Shown here: piece by piece, positions 11,636-23,621 of the stretch | How the letters are laid out: every line of letters begins with the position of its first letter | Position numbering within the stretch: position 1 is the stretch's first letter | Assembly: GCF_964355755.1 (NCBI RefSeq) | Contig: NC_092672.1 | Span: 22,333,237 to 22,397,236 of the forward strand | Direction of reading: 5' to 3' | DNA from: Antedon mediterranea | Taxonomy: Eukaryota; Animalia; Echinodermata | DNA length: 64,000 nucleotides | The notes under the pieces: model-generated | Database searches by the model: none | The model's input: the letters and a program-made list of their open reading frames with translations, nothing else | What the model was told of the DNA's origin: nothing | Made by a program: the position numbers and the translations under genes

Positions 11636-14600
11636 CGTACAACGTCTTTTATTTCTTTTTTCTTTACCGTTTTTCTCTTTTTGTTTTCAGCCTGTACCCA
11701 TACAGTACGGAAGGGGCGTTAATAGAAAGAGGCTCAGAATCGAAGACGGGGAAGAAGAAGAAGAAGAAAAAGAAGAATTTGCCGACATTGATACTGTTGA
11801 AGACGAGGACCTTAACCTTGATGAGGTAGAGTTGAATCACTTCTGTAGAATCGTTCAAGTAGCTCATAGGTATAATCAACGTTTTAACGCGACTATTAGC
11901 GATTTTTTAGTAAATTTTTTTAATATTGATCATATAAGTTTAGAGGTGTTTCTGCCCACACTGTATCGAATTTTCGAGCATGTCGTCGATAATCTCTGCG
12001 TTAACGTGCATGTCGACGACATGCTTCGAATAGTCATACAGGCTGAGGGGCTAGATTCACCTATCTCTATCCCTTTTGGACGGAGGGGCCATCTTACGGC
12101 TGACGTTATTTTTGCAGCCATTATGAAGGTCCTTCAGTCCAAAACGGATATTTTTATTAATAACAAATTTAAATTTAACGTTCTTCACATGAGAATGCCT
12201 AGGGGTGGGGGCTATAGAAGAAACGGTATCGACATATTGTTAAATGCTAAATGTATAATTAAGATTAAGAATGATGATAACGAAACTATCTGCTGCGCAC
12301 GCGCTATTGTTACGGGTATTTCTATGCTCGAAGACAAAATTAACAACGTAACTAGATGGAATAACGTTAGGCAAGGTTGGCGTCAGCAAAAAATAGCCGC
12401 CCTTCATTTACTTAGAGATTCGGGGGTTAGGGAACAGACATGCGGCATCGAGGAAATAAAAAAGATGCAATCAAAATTACCAAATTACCAAATTATTGTC
12501 ATTTCAAAAGACAATTTAAATTCTGTCATTTTTAGCGGCGATTATAGAAAGAAGCAGATATATCTTTATCATCATTCTAATCATTACGATCTCATAACCA
12601 CAATAACAGGTTTTCTAAAATTTAAATATTTCTGCGATAGATGTCATAAGGGGTATAATCACAAGTACCAACACAATTGTCAATTTACGTGCGTGCTGTG
12701 TAAGCACAACGACTGTCCCTCTTCTAATTCTTTTGAAAATAGAGAGAGTAGAATTGAATGTAAAGAATGTAATAGATTTTTTAAGGATAAGCAATGTTTC
12801 ACCAATCATAAAAAATCTCCTGATTCTAAAGTTTCAGTATGTGGCAAAATTAAAAATTGTTCAACTTGTAATAGGATCGTTCAAAAAGATCACAATTGTC
12901 AAAACCGCTTTTGTAGAATTTGTAGGACTTTCGTTTCATACGATCATCAATGCTACATGGAACCGGTTGTAGCCCCTAAGCATACTGAAAGAAAGTTTAA
13001 GAATCAGGAGACCCGTAACAGAGCTGTCACCAAATATTTCTTTTTTGATTTCGAATGCACGCAAGATACAGGCGAACACAAACCAAATTTATGCGTTCTT
13101 CAAAAAACTTGTCTTAATTGTATCGACGGTGCTAATGATTCCGCCGATTGTGACGTGTGTGGGGATAAAACAGTGGTTTTTCACGGGGGGTCTGCATGCG
13201 AAGATTTCTGCAATTACGTATTCAAAGATTACAAATTTAACGAAAATATTACGTGTATCGCTCACAACTTCCAGGGTTATGATAGTTACTTCGTGCTCAA
13301 CTACCTGTACGAAAACTCCATTGTACCGGATGTAATTGCTCGCGGTGGTAAACTTATTTCGATTAGGACTAAAGAAACGAGCATTCGATTCATCGATTCC
13401 CTTTCATTTCTGCCCATGCCTCTATCCAAATTGCCCAAAACTTTTGGCATCTCCGAACTTAAAAAGGGTTACTTTCCTCATTATTTTAATTCTTTAGAAA
13501 ACCAAAATTACGTAGGTCCTTACCCCGATTCTTCAAATTATTCCCCCGATAAAATAACTACTTCAGGTCGAGAATCTTTCTTTAAATGGTACAACCAGAA
13601 AATTGAAAGTAATCAAGTATTTGATCTTAAAAAAGAACTCGTCGAGTATTGTATCAGCGATGTAGATATTCTCAGAAAGTGTTGTCTTACTTTTAGACAT
13701 CTTTTTTTTAAAGTAACTATATCGCCGAAAAACCCTCTACTCGGCGGTGTTGACCCCTTTTCAAATAATTTAATGACAATTGCCTCAGCGTGTAACCACG
13801 TATTTTCTAGAAATTTTTTAAAACCATCCACCATCGCTCTATTTCCATCATCAGGGTATCTAACAACCGTTAACCATTCTCACTCTAGCATGGAATGGCT
13901 GTGCTACGAGTCGCATAAAAGGGGGGTCTTTATCCATCATGCCAGAAATGGAGGGGAAAAAATGTTTGGGCCTTACTCCGTCGACGGCGCATGTTTAGAA
14001 AACAAAATAATTTTCGAATTTATGGGTTGTTTTTTCCACGGGTGCCAAGATTGTTATAGACCCGATTCCATTAATCCCTTCAATAACGAGACCATGTTGG
14101 AATGCTTTGTCAAGACAAGCAAGAAAACACGGTTTCTGAAGGAACAATTTCCGGATTTCGAGTACGTCGAAATTTGGGAGAGCACGAATGGAAACGGATC
14201 AAACAATCGTTGGCCCCAAACATTAAATCTATCGTCTCCAAAGTTCCTTTAATTAGGCAAACTTTGAATCCAAGAGACGCGTTTTTCGGTGGGAGGACTA
14301 ATGCCAGTTGTTTGTTCTATAAGGTAAAACCGGGTGAAGAAATTAATTACATAGATTATACTTCATTGTACCCTTATGTAAATAAATACGGTACCTACCC
14401 CGTAGGGCATCCTGAAATCAATGATCGCAACGACATGTCCACGGATATCAACGATTATTTCGGCTTGATAAAGTGTACAATCGAAGCGCCTAAAAAATTA
14501 TTCCATCCGGTCTTACCTTATAGATCAAACGGTAAATTAATGTTTGCTCTCTGTAGAACATGCGCCGATTCCCAACAACAAACCGCTTGCAATCATTCCG

Positions 14601-15634
14601 GTACAGATAGAGAATTTACGGGTTCTTGGGCAACGATCGAAGTCGCTAAAGCCGTGGAAGTTGGGTACGAGATACGTAAAGTTCACGTAGTATGGCACTT
14701 TAAAAATAAAAGCGCGTACTCTGCAGATTCTCCCTCGTCCGGCCTATTTGCCTCTTACATTAACACCTTTTTAAAATTGAAACAAGAAGCTTCGGGTTGG
14801 CCTGAATGGTGTAAAACGCCCGAAGATAAACAAAAATACATTTCGGACTATCGAACCGTAGAAGGTATCGACTTGAATCATGACGACATTGCGTACAATC
14901 CTGGGCTTCGATCTCTGGCCAAATTAATGCTAAATAGTTTTTGGGGTAAATTTGGCCAGCGTGAAAATCTCACGAGAATTAAATATACGCAAGATCCTAA
15001 CGAGGTTTACGATATTTTATCGAACCCTGGGATAACCGTTCATGACATAAATTTTGTTAATGATGATTTGGCGGAGGTAAAATACGAGGACGAGGAACAA
15101 TTTGTAGAAGTTAACCGAAAGGTTAACGTTGTCATTGCCGCATTTACCACAGCGTTAGCGCGTTTAAAATTGTACGAGCTGTTGGAGCAATTACAGGAGC
15201 GCGTCCTGTATTACGATACCGACAGCGTAATCTTCGTATCAAAACCCGGGGATTGGGACCCTCCCCTGGGCGACTATTTGGGTCAGTTAACGACCGAGGT
15301 CGATCCTAAAGATGGTAAATTCATCGAGTCCTTCGTTTCTGGGGGGCCTAAGAACTACGCCTATAAATTGGATACGGGGAAGACCGTTTGTAAAGTTAAG
15401 GGTTTTACCCTTAACTTTACAAACGCTCAGAAAATTAATTTTGACACCGTCTCCAATATGGTAAGGGGTGTTGGCCCCGATACAATTAAGACGGTTGAGA
15501 AGAATCGCATAACGCGCAAGCCAAAAACACGAAAGATAGTCAACGAAACATCGACTAAAGACTATCGAATCGTGTACGACAAAAGAATTATTATCGAAAA
15601 TTATCGTACAGTTCCTTACGGGTATGTTTGGTGA
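11017..15634 (+). pseudogene. polB: Protein-primed DNA polymerase B (acidic N-terminus, terminal-protein region, vOTU-like protease, Cys-rich region, exonuclease, Vsr-like nuclease, polymerase); spliced model with exons 11017-11319, 11482-11565, 11691-15634
   Basis: Exo motifs FFDFE, AHNFQGYD, YCISDV; pol motifs DYTSLYP, KLMLNSFWGKF, YYDTDS; C-terminal PYGY. Phase-0 GT-AG introns at 11320-11481 and 11566-11690. Premature TAA at 11107-11109; 2-nt insertion (gagag) near 14180 splits EIWEHEWK. Confidence 0.93.
11594..11634. repeat. (TTG)n microsatellite in predicted pPolB intron 2
   Basis: About 13 ttg units. Confidence 0.9.
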
Positions 15635-16306
15635 ATCACGGCCATAAATTTCTTTTTAAAAATGTAAACATACTTTGTTATAGATAATTATTTGTTACTC
15701 TTTATACATTCTTTACCGTACTCTCTCTCTTTTTATAGTTTGAACAAAATATATTTGTAGTTTTAATGTAAATATTTTTATATTTGTTTTAATATAAATA
15801 ATTTTTATACCCGTTTTTTTAAAGTCGAATTTTTGCGGGTTAAGTAAATATATTTTTAAATATTTTTCCGCTTGATTTTCTTATGTCGATACCGTTTCTC
15901 CTTTTTGTGTTTAAGTTATCATTATTTTTATTTATATTTTTTTTAAGTAAGATGATCACTTGAACGTTGAACTTATCTATTAGTACTCGGTTTTAAGTAA
16001 TTAGTTTATTCTTTGTTTTATATTTATATATATATTTTTTTAAATTTAAATTCAAATAATTTTGTAAATTTTATGTAATCGGTTTGTGCAATAACTTTCT
16101 AAATATCTATTTTATATTAATTGTACAATAATAATTTCTTTGATTAATTTACTGTACATAATGTAAAAAACAAATACGCATTAGTGTTAATATGAATAAA
16201 GATTTAGATTTACGTTTTAAACATTGATTCAGTTTTATTGTTTAATTCGTGTCAAATAAGATGTTATAAAACGCAATTATTTAACTAAATTACCGTCATA
16301 ATTGTA

Positions 16307-17202
16307 ATGGCGAGTCCTTTGATAACACCTTTCACCGCAGTTATTAGCGGTCCGACATCTTCGGGTAAATCCGTCTTTGTAAGGAAATTGATTGAAAATA
16401 ATTATTTCAATAAACCCTTTGACGATATTACATGGTGCTATGGTGAATATCAGAATTTATTTTCGGAATTAAGTACAGCTGTATCAAATATAAGTTTTAT
16501 GGAAGGTATACCTATCGAAACATTAGATGCGTTTGATTCGAGTAAAAATCATTTAGTAATTATAGATGATTTGATGACAGAATGCAGTAGCGATAAAAGA
16601 GTCGTTAATTTGTTTTTTTTTTTTTGTTTTTTTTTTTTTTTTATTTCATACTCATCCAACAGTAACCCGCCAATTACAGGATGGATAAACTATTTAAAAT
16701 TTCACAAGACAAACATATACACAAGATGCTCTACATAAACAAAGACTTATTATTAAGTCTTTGGGAGTGGAGTTGTAAATTGTCATGAGAAAAAAACCCT
16801 GACATATGACAGGACTTGAACCCAGGACCCTTAGATTGGTAGCCAAGCATCATAACCACCAAGCCACAGCTCCACTCCAAAGGATCTCATCATAGAAACA
16901 TTTCAGTGATATTTATAATGCAAAATTTCTTCTACGGTTCCAAAGAAATCCGTACCATTACTTTGAATACTCATTATATCGTACTTTTTAAAAATCCACG
17001 GGATAAAACGCAAATATTGAATTTATCGAAACAAATGTATCCTGGCAAAGGGCGGTTCTTACAAGAGGCATTTAATGACGCTACGCGTGAATCGTACGGA
17101 TACCTATTCATTGATCTCAAACCATATACGTCGGAAGAAATGAGAATACGAACAAATATCTTTTCAGTAGATAAACATTATGCTTACGTACCAAAAGTAT
17201 AA
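16307..17202 (+). pseudogene. A32/FtsK-like genome-packaging ATPase interrupted by a SINE
   Basis: Walker A GPTSSGKS, Walker B VIIDD; removing ~16616-16875 restores VVNLF-SKGSHHRNISVIFIMQN. Confidence 0.93.
16616..16875 (-). mobile_element. tRNA-derived SINE with poly(A) tail inserted in the ATPase gene
   Basis: Minus strand has A-box TGGCTTGGTGG and B-box GGTTCAAGTCC; the poly(A) tail appears as the T-run at ~16613-16642. Confidence 0.85.
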
Positions 17203-17250
17203 CACATGTGATTTGAAATTATTCTATTCATTCCAATACAAACTCACAAC

Positions 17251-17577
17251 ATGTCAAAACGTATCAAAAAGAACGCAGAGACTTTAAAGTTTTTAGCTAA
17301 ATGTACGCCTAAACAAAGAAAGGCCCTGCTTGAGAATGCCGACAGTCAATTAGTAACAGCAATCTGTGAGTGTGCAAAGAACATCTTAAAAGGTAGTGTA
17401 CCGGTGTCTAGTGCTCATAAGAAGAAGTTGACGAAGCATAGGAAACACTTGCGTGATATTTCCAATAAAGCTATACCTACGCTTCGACGTAAGCGTATAC
17501 TACTTCAAAAGGGGGGATTTCTTGGTCTTATTTTGAAACCTATATTACAGACTCTGGGCGGATTACTTTTGGAATAA
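17251..17577 (+). CDS. Small basic Polinton virion/core protein with an adenain-type site (QKGG|F) before a hydrophobic C-terminal helix
   Basis: 108 aa, Lys/Arg-rich, ends LLQKGGFLGLILKPILQTLGGLLLE; directly follows the ATPase. Confidence 0.8.
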   Translation: MSKRIKKNAETLKFLAKCTPKQRKALLENADSQLVTAICECAKNILKGSVPVSSAHKKKLTKHRKHLRDISNKAIPTLRRKRILLQKGGFLGLILKPILQTLGGLLLE

Positions 17578-17578
17578 A

Positions 17579-18340
17579 ATGGAGCACACAAAAAAATTGA
17601 TTGTAGTTCCTCAAGAATTGGCAAATACATTGCTACATAGCAAGCACTATGAACAAAAGCACAAATCAATAACTAACGGATTAGACGACTCTATGCAGAC
17701 TATTCTTAATAGACAGGATATTAGCGATCACGATAAAATCACAATGTACAATCAAGTACTTCAGCGTTTTTTAAATAAAGAGAAGCCCGTTAACAACCCT
17801 TCACCTATGAACATAAATATGCATGGACCTCTTAATGACGAAGACAAGAATGATGAATCGACAGAAGCAATTAAGGATGATTCGATGACAAAAGAAGTAT
17901 TGCAAAGCATGCCTATATCGTTAAAATAAAAAACTAAGACATTTTTAGATCGAATAGACCGATACAGAAATATGGGTATTTTAGATTGGACAAAATACGG
18001 TGAAATGATCATCGAAGGAGAATTGCTAAAGGGTAGTAATTTATTTGATTTAACCAAAGATATGATACAAGAAAGGCGAGGATTTGAACCAGTGGGGTGG
18101 AAAGAATTTATATCGTTGTTGGCTAAGTTGAACACGCCAGAAAGTTTGATTGGAAATGCTACACGACGCAACATGTTGCAACGTCTAAAATCTGGTGAAA
18201 TAAGCCCTCTTTCAAAAACCACATCTACAAAATCTAAACGACTTGAAAGATTTGATGACGACGATGACGATGAAGATAAAAAATATACTATTACTAAAAA
18301 GAAACGTACTAAAACTAAACCGAAAAGGCTTGGATTCTAA
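17579..18340 (+). pseudogene. Conserved Polinton hypothetical protein split by one nonsense codon
   Basis: ORFs 17579-17929 and 17972-18340 are in the same frame, separated only by TAA 17927-17929; the segment WTKYGEMIIEGELLKGSNLFDL...PVGWKEF recalls Polinton conserved ORFs. Confidence 0.75.
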
Positions 18341-18523
18341 TCAATGTTATAAAATGTTTTTTTCAGTTATTAAATGTATTCATTATTCAAATTTATTTCG
18401 TTGTTTGTTGTTTTCTTTCTTTCATTATTTACTAACCAACGCGTAATAAAGATACATACACATATTTTTTTTTTTTTTTCAACATTTAAATTTTAATACC
18501 AATATGAAAAAGACAACACTTAA

Positions 18524-19006
18524 TTAAAATATGTTAGTTAACATTTTGACAAATTGTATTTTTATATACTCCTTATCATACACCGGTAGGTTAACATCGT
18601 ATCTACGTTCTACAAAATCATTAACATGTGCATCGTTAGTATTCTTATCTTTAGTGAACATATTAACTATATTTGAGGTGTCAATACCTCTACATTTATG
18701 AGCCTGTAAACCCGTATCATTAAAAGTCCACGTGTTTACCGTACGATTTAGAAAATTTACAAAATGATTACTGTAATATTGAGGCGAATGTCCGAATGAA
18801 TCAAAAAATTCACCCTCGTTAATATTGTTTAGAAAAAAAGCGACCCAATGCGAACCGTTTTGACTACTATCATCAACATTCGCTATGTAAGCACTAGGGT
18901 AACTTTTTATTCTTTTAGGTAACAAATCTGAAGGATATACACCTCGAAAATATCTTTGAGTTAATGGATCAGATTTAACTAGTTTTAAAAGTTGCACAGT
19001 ATCCAT
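18524..19006 (-). pseudogene. Adenain-like (C5) cysteine maturation protease lacking the catalytic Cys segment
   Basis: GSHWVAF (His), FFDSFG (Asp) and LQ present; the expected ...CGxYC... segment after LQ is absent (reads LQAHKCRG). Confidence 0.85.
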
Positions 19007-19784
19007 GATTTTTTTTTTAAAGTCTAAAATTACGTTACGAGACTTATCGATTTCTATTAATGAATCAAATTCTGAATAAACTATTACGTTAATTGTTTCG
19101 ACTAAAGCTGTAGCAAATTGAATTTCAAGACGTATATTGCCGTGTTTAATTAAATTGAAATGTCCACTGCTTGATAAATCGGGTGTAAGGTCGAATGCAA
19201 ACAACGTGTATCCTCTGGCGTAGTCTTCTCTGGATATTTGATTTCCCGTGTCGTCGAATAATGTATTTAATCCGGAGAATAAACTTTGATAGGCTAAAAT
19301 ATAACTTCCTTCACCGTTTGCTTCAAAATTAGGCTTTAATGGTTTCCAAGGTATTTGCTCACCGTCCAAATATAAGGATATAAAATTTGTGTTAAAGTGT
19401 TGAAAATTAAATGGATTTTTGCTATAATCACCGTTGAAAGCGTCGGTTCCTACTAATCCTACCACTAAGCGTTTCGGTAGATTCCCGTTGTACAGCGACT
19501 CTCGGGTAAAGGAAAGGTTCCCCCGCGGTATCGACAGCGTTTTAACCGCGACCCGCCGAAGAGGGTATTTAGCTGACCCGCGCTCCAGCGCTTTTGCATG
19601 AGCCAACGCTATAGATGGATTTAGTTTCACTTTTCGTACGTAAATAGATGCAGCTTCTAACTGTAACTTATAACCAGCTTGTGCACCGGATGACATCAAA
19701 CAGAATGCGTTTTTACTTCGATGCAGTTTTAATTTAATGTCAACTCCATTCAGCATCATACGATCTTGAAAGAATATATCGCAA

Positions 19785-21872
19785 CAGGCCCGTATGCAGC
19801 ATTTATAATGGGGGGGTGCGAGCGAAGCAAGCAACAATGGCTGGGAGCCAGGGGGCCGCCAAGGGCCCCCGGTCAGGGTCCAGGGGCCGAAGGCCCTGGA
19901 AAAATTTGCGTTATTTGACGTTCTAAAGACTGATGTAAGACTCTCTGTTGTGGCTTGGGCTAGTTGAACGATGGACACCAGAACTTAACGCTTTCATGAT
20001 GAGGCCAACTCAGCAGGGGTGGCGCCAGGATCTTCCCGACGCGGGGGCTACATTCCCCGACGAGGGGGCTATGCGAGCGAAGCGAGCATCACTAGGCTGA
20101 GGGCCAGGGGCCGCCAAAGGCCCCCGGTGGGGTCCAGGGGGCGAAGCCCCCCCGGAAGCAACGCGTTCTAGCGTCATTTGAGGTCTTTTTAATCAGATTT
20201 AGGGTAGCCATTTTTCCATTTTTTATAATGCATAAATAAAATACTGCGTGCAAAAAAACGATGCGCGATGACTGTTTCAATCCATATTTTTCAATTTAAA
20301 AAATAAAAGTTCAAAGAAAATTTAGAAAAATAGAGTTGGAGGTCCCGGAAATTGGACTTATTATACTTCAAAACATGAAAAAAAATATATAAGTCCCTAT
20401 CATGGGTTGTGACTGAGCTAAGAAATGTTTGAAAAATAGAGATGTTAGGTCCCGGAAAATGTACTTCTTGTTCTTCGAAATATGACCAGCTTTATTGTTG
20501 GGGCTGAGCTAAGAAAATGTTTAAAACTAGAGCTGCAGGTCTTCAAAAAATTGCATTTTATACTTTGGAAACATCAGGCCTAGAGGCTTAAAAAACGCAA
20601 GCGTAGACCTTTTTCAGTCGGGGAAAAAAGTTTATTCCTCCCAGGTGTATGCATGCGTACCATCTGGACTTCCGAGTGGTGAGAAATTCATGACATACAG
20701 GATATTGAAAATGTAATAACTATTGGCTAAGCGAAAATGGCATGTTTTTTTGTTTAGTAATGGATGAAAAATTTATTTTAGGTGCCCCACGGTACCGAAG
20801 GTTACTTGTAAATTAAAAAATTGGTGAACAAACGAACAATTAACATAATTCGTTTTTGCTGTAGTGTAGCGTACGTCGACGCAGTACACGACGTAACCGT
20901 CGGTAAACTTCGCCTGGAAAATAACACATTACACATTTTGGTCCCTGGATGAAACTTGATATCACGCGTCTCGACCCAACGTTGAACGATTCGTACAAAG
21001 GGATACCGCCAGACAAGTGCGTACCTAGCTATTGTTTAGTAGTAAGTTAGATCGCTGGCAATAATGAATGCATATAAAGTGCATAATATCACTCTGACGT
21101 ACTCTCACGGTCAATGAAACGTCGCGGTTTTCTAGGCGCTGAATAGCTACGAAGTGAACGCGAACGCTTTTTACTGTATATTATAATTTGGTCCCTGGAT
21201 GAAACTTGATATCAGGCGTCTCGACCCAACGTTGAACGATTCGTACAAGGGATACCGCCAGACAAGTGCGTACCTAGCTAATGTTTAGTAGTAAGTTAGA
21301 TCGCTGGCAATAATGAATGCATAAAAGTGCATATTAGCCCTCTGACGTACTCTCACGGTCAATGGAACGTCGTGGTTTTCTAGGCGCTGAAGCTATATGA
21401 AGTGAACGCGAACGTTTTTTACTGTATATTATATTCCCCGACAAAAAGTACCCGTGTTCCCCGACGGGGGGTTGGCCTTCCCTTGTTTAGGCGCCGTATT
21501 CGATAGTGTCTGTATTTCCAGACACGTCTTTACCGCCGGTTAAGTTGTCTGTATTTCTCCAGCAAACACTTTACCGCGTACCGCGTACATGAAGCGCTAA
21601 GCTATTGCTTGTCGTCACATGATCGACTGCGCATGTTTTACATCGAGTTTGTAGTCAGTTCAGATTCCGTAATTTAATTACCGGTATTTTTTCATTTTAT
21701 ATTAGCATATTTTTGTTTGTATACCATTGATAATGTAAATTTTGTATTTATATAATGATATTGTCTTTAGTTAAACAAGACAAGAAAAAATACCAACCGA
21801 GGAAATAGTGGACCTTTTGGGACTTGGGGGGGTGCGTCTGCACCCAACGCACCCCCCCTGGATACGGGCCTG
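19785..21872. mobile_element. Non-autonomous hAT-like (CAG-ended, 5-bp TSD) DNA transposon inserted in MCP
   Basis: TIR CAGGCCCGTAT(G/C)CAG at both ends; TSD CGCAA at 19780-19784 and 21873-21877; GC-rich subterminal motifs; no transposase ORF. Confidence 0.9.
20937..21432. repeat. About 250-bp tandem duplication inside the hAT-like insertion
   Basis: tttggtccctggatgaaacttgatatca...tactgtatattata begins near 20937 and near 21187. Confidence 0.9.
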
Positions 21873-22450
21873 CGCAATGAATAGGTCCTATCAAATCAAC
21901 CAATCGACTTCCTCGTATGTACTGAGATCGTTTTTTAAGTCCTTGATTCGCAGCAGCATCGTCTAAAGTTGGATTTGCTACATCCATTCTACCCGCTGTA
22001 TCTTTATAAAACAATCCACCTCTAAGGTGATTTTCCTTCGCGTCAGCACCGTACGTTAACAAGGTTTCAATCATCGCTCTGTACGAATAAGTGTTATTCG
22101 ATGGAGTAATTAATCTCTCATTCAAAGAAACGTCAACTTCATTGAATAAGGACTGTAGTAGTAAATTAGTTGGTCCAACAGGATCGTCAGCATGCAAATC
22201 TGTTCCATCGCCTCTTGTAATTTTAACTTTAACGCGTAGCATAGTCTGTGATAAATCTACGTATTCTTCGGTGGAACCTTGAATGTTAAATTGAACCGGT
22301 CCTGTATCGGTAATACTATTGAAAGGATGATACTGAACCCATTGTCCCTTTGTTATACTTGTTTGAGTCGGTGGAACAGAAAACAAATCCAATTCTGACT
22401 TTAAACATTCGCAAGATTGTTTGTGTACGTACGCCATAGTAATTATATTA

Positions 22451-22831
22451 TTAATCAAATATATCGGAGGATCTTCTCGCTCTCTTAGTTCTTCTTCGAC
22501 TGACTTCATTGCTTTTTCGCTTTCTCTTTTTATTCACTTTTCCGCTACCATTCTGAGAAACAATTCGTTTACCGGCTTGCGTGATTCTACGTTTTGCAGC
22601 TTGTTTGATATTTTGTCCACTTATAGCATCCTCCATTATTTCGGCTCCGGTTCGTAACGCTTGTTTTCCTAGAGTTTTGGCACCCTTTTTTAAAAGCGGT
22701 ACAGCTTTTTTGAACAAACCAGACAACATTCCACCTAATCCGTACCCTCTCTGATTAGATGATCCATGAAATACAGGTAGGCTTAAACCGCCAGCTTGAC
22801 CTACGTAGTAATCCTCATACGCGTTAGGCAT
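22451..22831 (-). CDS. Polinton core/membrane-lytic precursor-like protein with several QxGG/QxGxG protease sites and an Arg/Lys tail
   Basis: QAGG, QRGYG|LGGMLSGLFKKAVPLLKK (amphipathic), QNGSG|KVNKKRKRK...RRRTKRARR; lies between mCP and MCP. Confidence 0.85.
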   Translation of the reverse strand: MPNAYEDYYVGQAGGLSLPVFHGSSNQRGYGLGGMLSGLFKKAVPLLKKGAKTLGKQALRTGAEIMEDAISGQNIKQAAKRRITQAGKRIVSQNGSGKVNKKRKRKSNEVSRRRTKRARRSSDIFD

Positions 22832-22833
22832 GA

Positions 22834-23610
22834 TTAAATGAGATGCGATGATCTACTCTGTCGAAAATGAAGCTTCACTAAAACCTTCCCACGTTGAAAT
22901 GATACTTTCTCACCAGTGTCACTCCTTATATCTATCGAAATGGTATCAATTTCTTTTTTGATTAAACGCTTGTAGTGAGGCATCATGTATTCGTGAGAAG
23001 TAACGTTTCTCATTTGACTCTCCTTGGTTTGTACAATTCTCAATAAACGAACGCTTACATCTCCAACTCGTTGATGTTCGATTACGTCTGTATAAACGTA
23101 TAAACCAGGTACACGATGATGAAGATTAATCGGATGATTACCTGTAACATTTGAATTTAATAGAATCGAAGATATGTCGAATCCCAATAACGTTTGCATA
23201 CCTCCTAACGACGTTATAGATGTCAGAATATCGGTTGAAATATTAACTTTTTCCGATACAGAATTGAATTTAAACCTTATGTTATCATCCAACTTCTTTT
23301 TTCTTAAAGCAGAGTTTATCGTATCAATCAGTTTCGAACCTGAACTATAATATCCGCTTGTAATTTCGATTTTGTATTCCATCGTTGCTGTTTCTATTTG
23401 AGAAACGTTTAATCGTATCCAAATTTTATTGTTTGTATCGTCTACATTGTACCACGTATGTGGGTATTGTATTTCAGTTAAACCAACTTCCCACTCGCCT
23501 TTTAATCGTATCGACTCGGCTAATTTTGTAATGTAACTTGTAAGTGTATTTTCCGGAAAATAATTCAATGAACTATTGCTCGGTAGTGAGACGTGAAACT
23601 GAGATGACAT
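22834..23610 (-). CDS. Single jelly-roll minor capsid (penton) protein
   Basis: FHVSLPSNSSLNYFPENT...WEVGLTEIQYP...LYVYTDVI...LLRIV...LHFR, the typical Polinton mCP pattern; intact frame. Confidence 0.9.
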   Translation of the reverse strand: MSSQFHVSLPSNSSLNYFPENTLTSYITKLAESIRLKGEWEVGLTEIQYPHTWYNVDDTNNKIWIRLNVSQIETATMEYKIEITSGYYSSGSKLIDTINSALRKKKLDDNIRFKFNSVSEKVNISTDILTSITSLGGMQTLLGFDISSILLNSNVTGNHPINLHHRVPGLYVYTDVIEHQRVGDVSVRLLRIVQTKESQMRNVTSHEYMMPHYKRLIKKEIDTISIDIRSDTGEKVSFQRGKVLVKLHFRQSRSSHLI

Positions 23611-23621
23611 GATGCTCGTGT

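Larger units (their letters stand above)
19017..22437 (-). pseudogene. Double jelly-roll major capsid protein interrupted by a 2.1-kb insertion
   Basis: MAYVHKQSCECLKSELDLFSVPPTQTSI...GPIHC|DIFFQDRMMLNGV...KNPFNFQHF...YTLFAFDLTPD; frame restored on removing 19785-21872 plus one TSD copy. Confidence 0.92.

Noticed and set aside
11509-11879. Poly-Leu/poly-Lys and poly-Phe ORFs
   Set aside because: Products of the (TTG)n microsatellite and of off-frame reading of the poly-Glu pPolB exon.
14102-14252. Programmed frameshift in pPolB
   Set aside because: A simple AG dinucleotide duplication in GAGAG explains it; no slippery heptamer, and the element has many other lesions.
19785-19978. N-terminus of the 484-aa ORF and C-terminus of the 253-aa ORF (21748-21872) as real capsid sequence
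   Set aside because: Both are read-through into the inserted hAT-like element.
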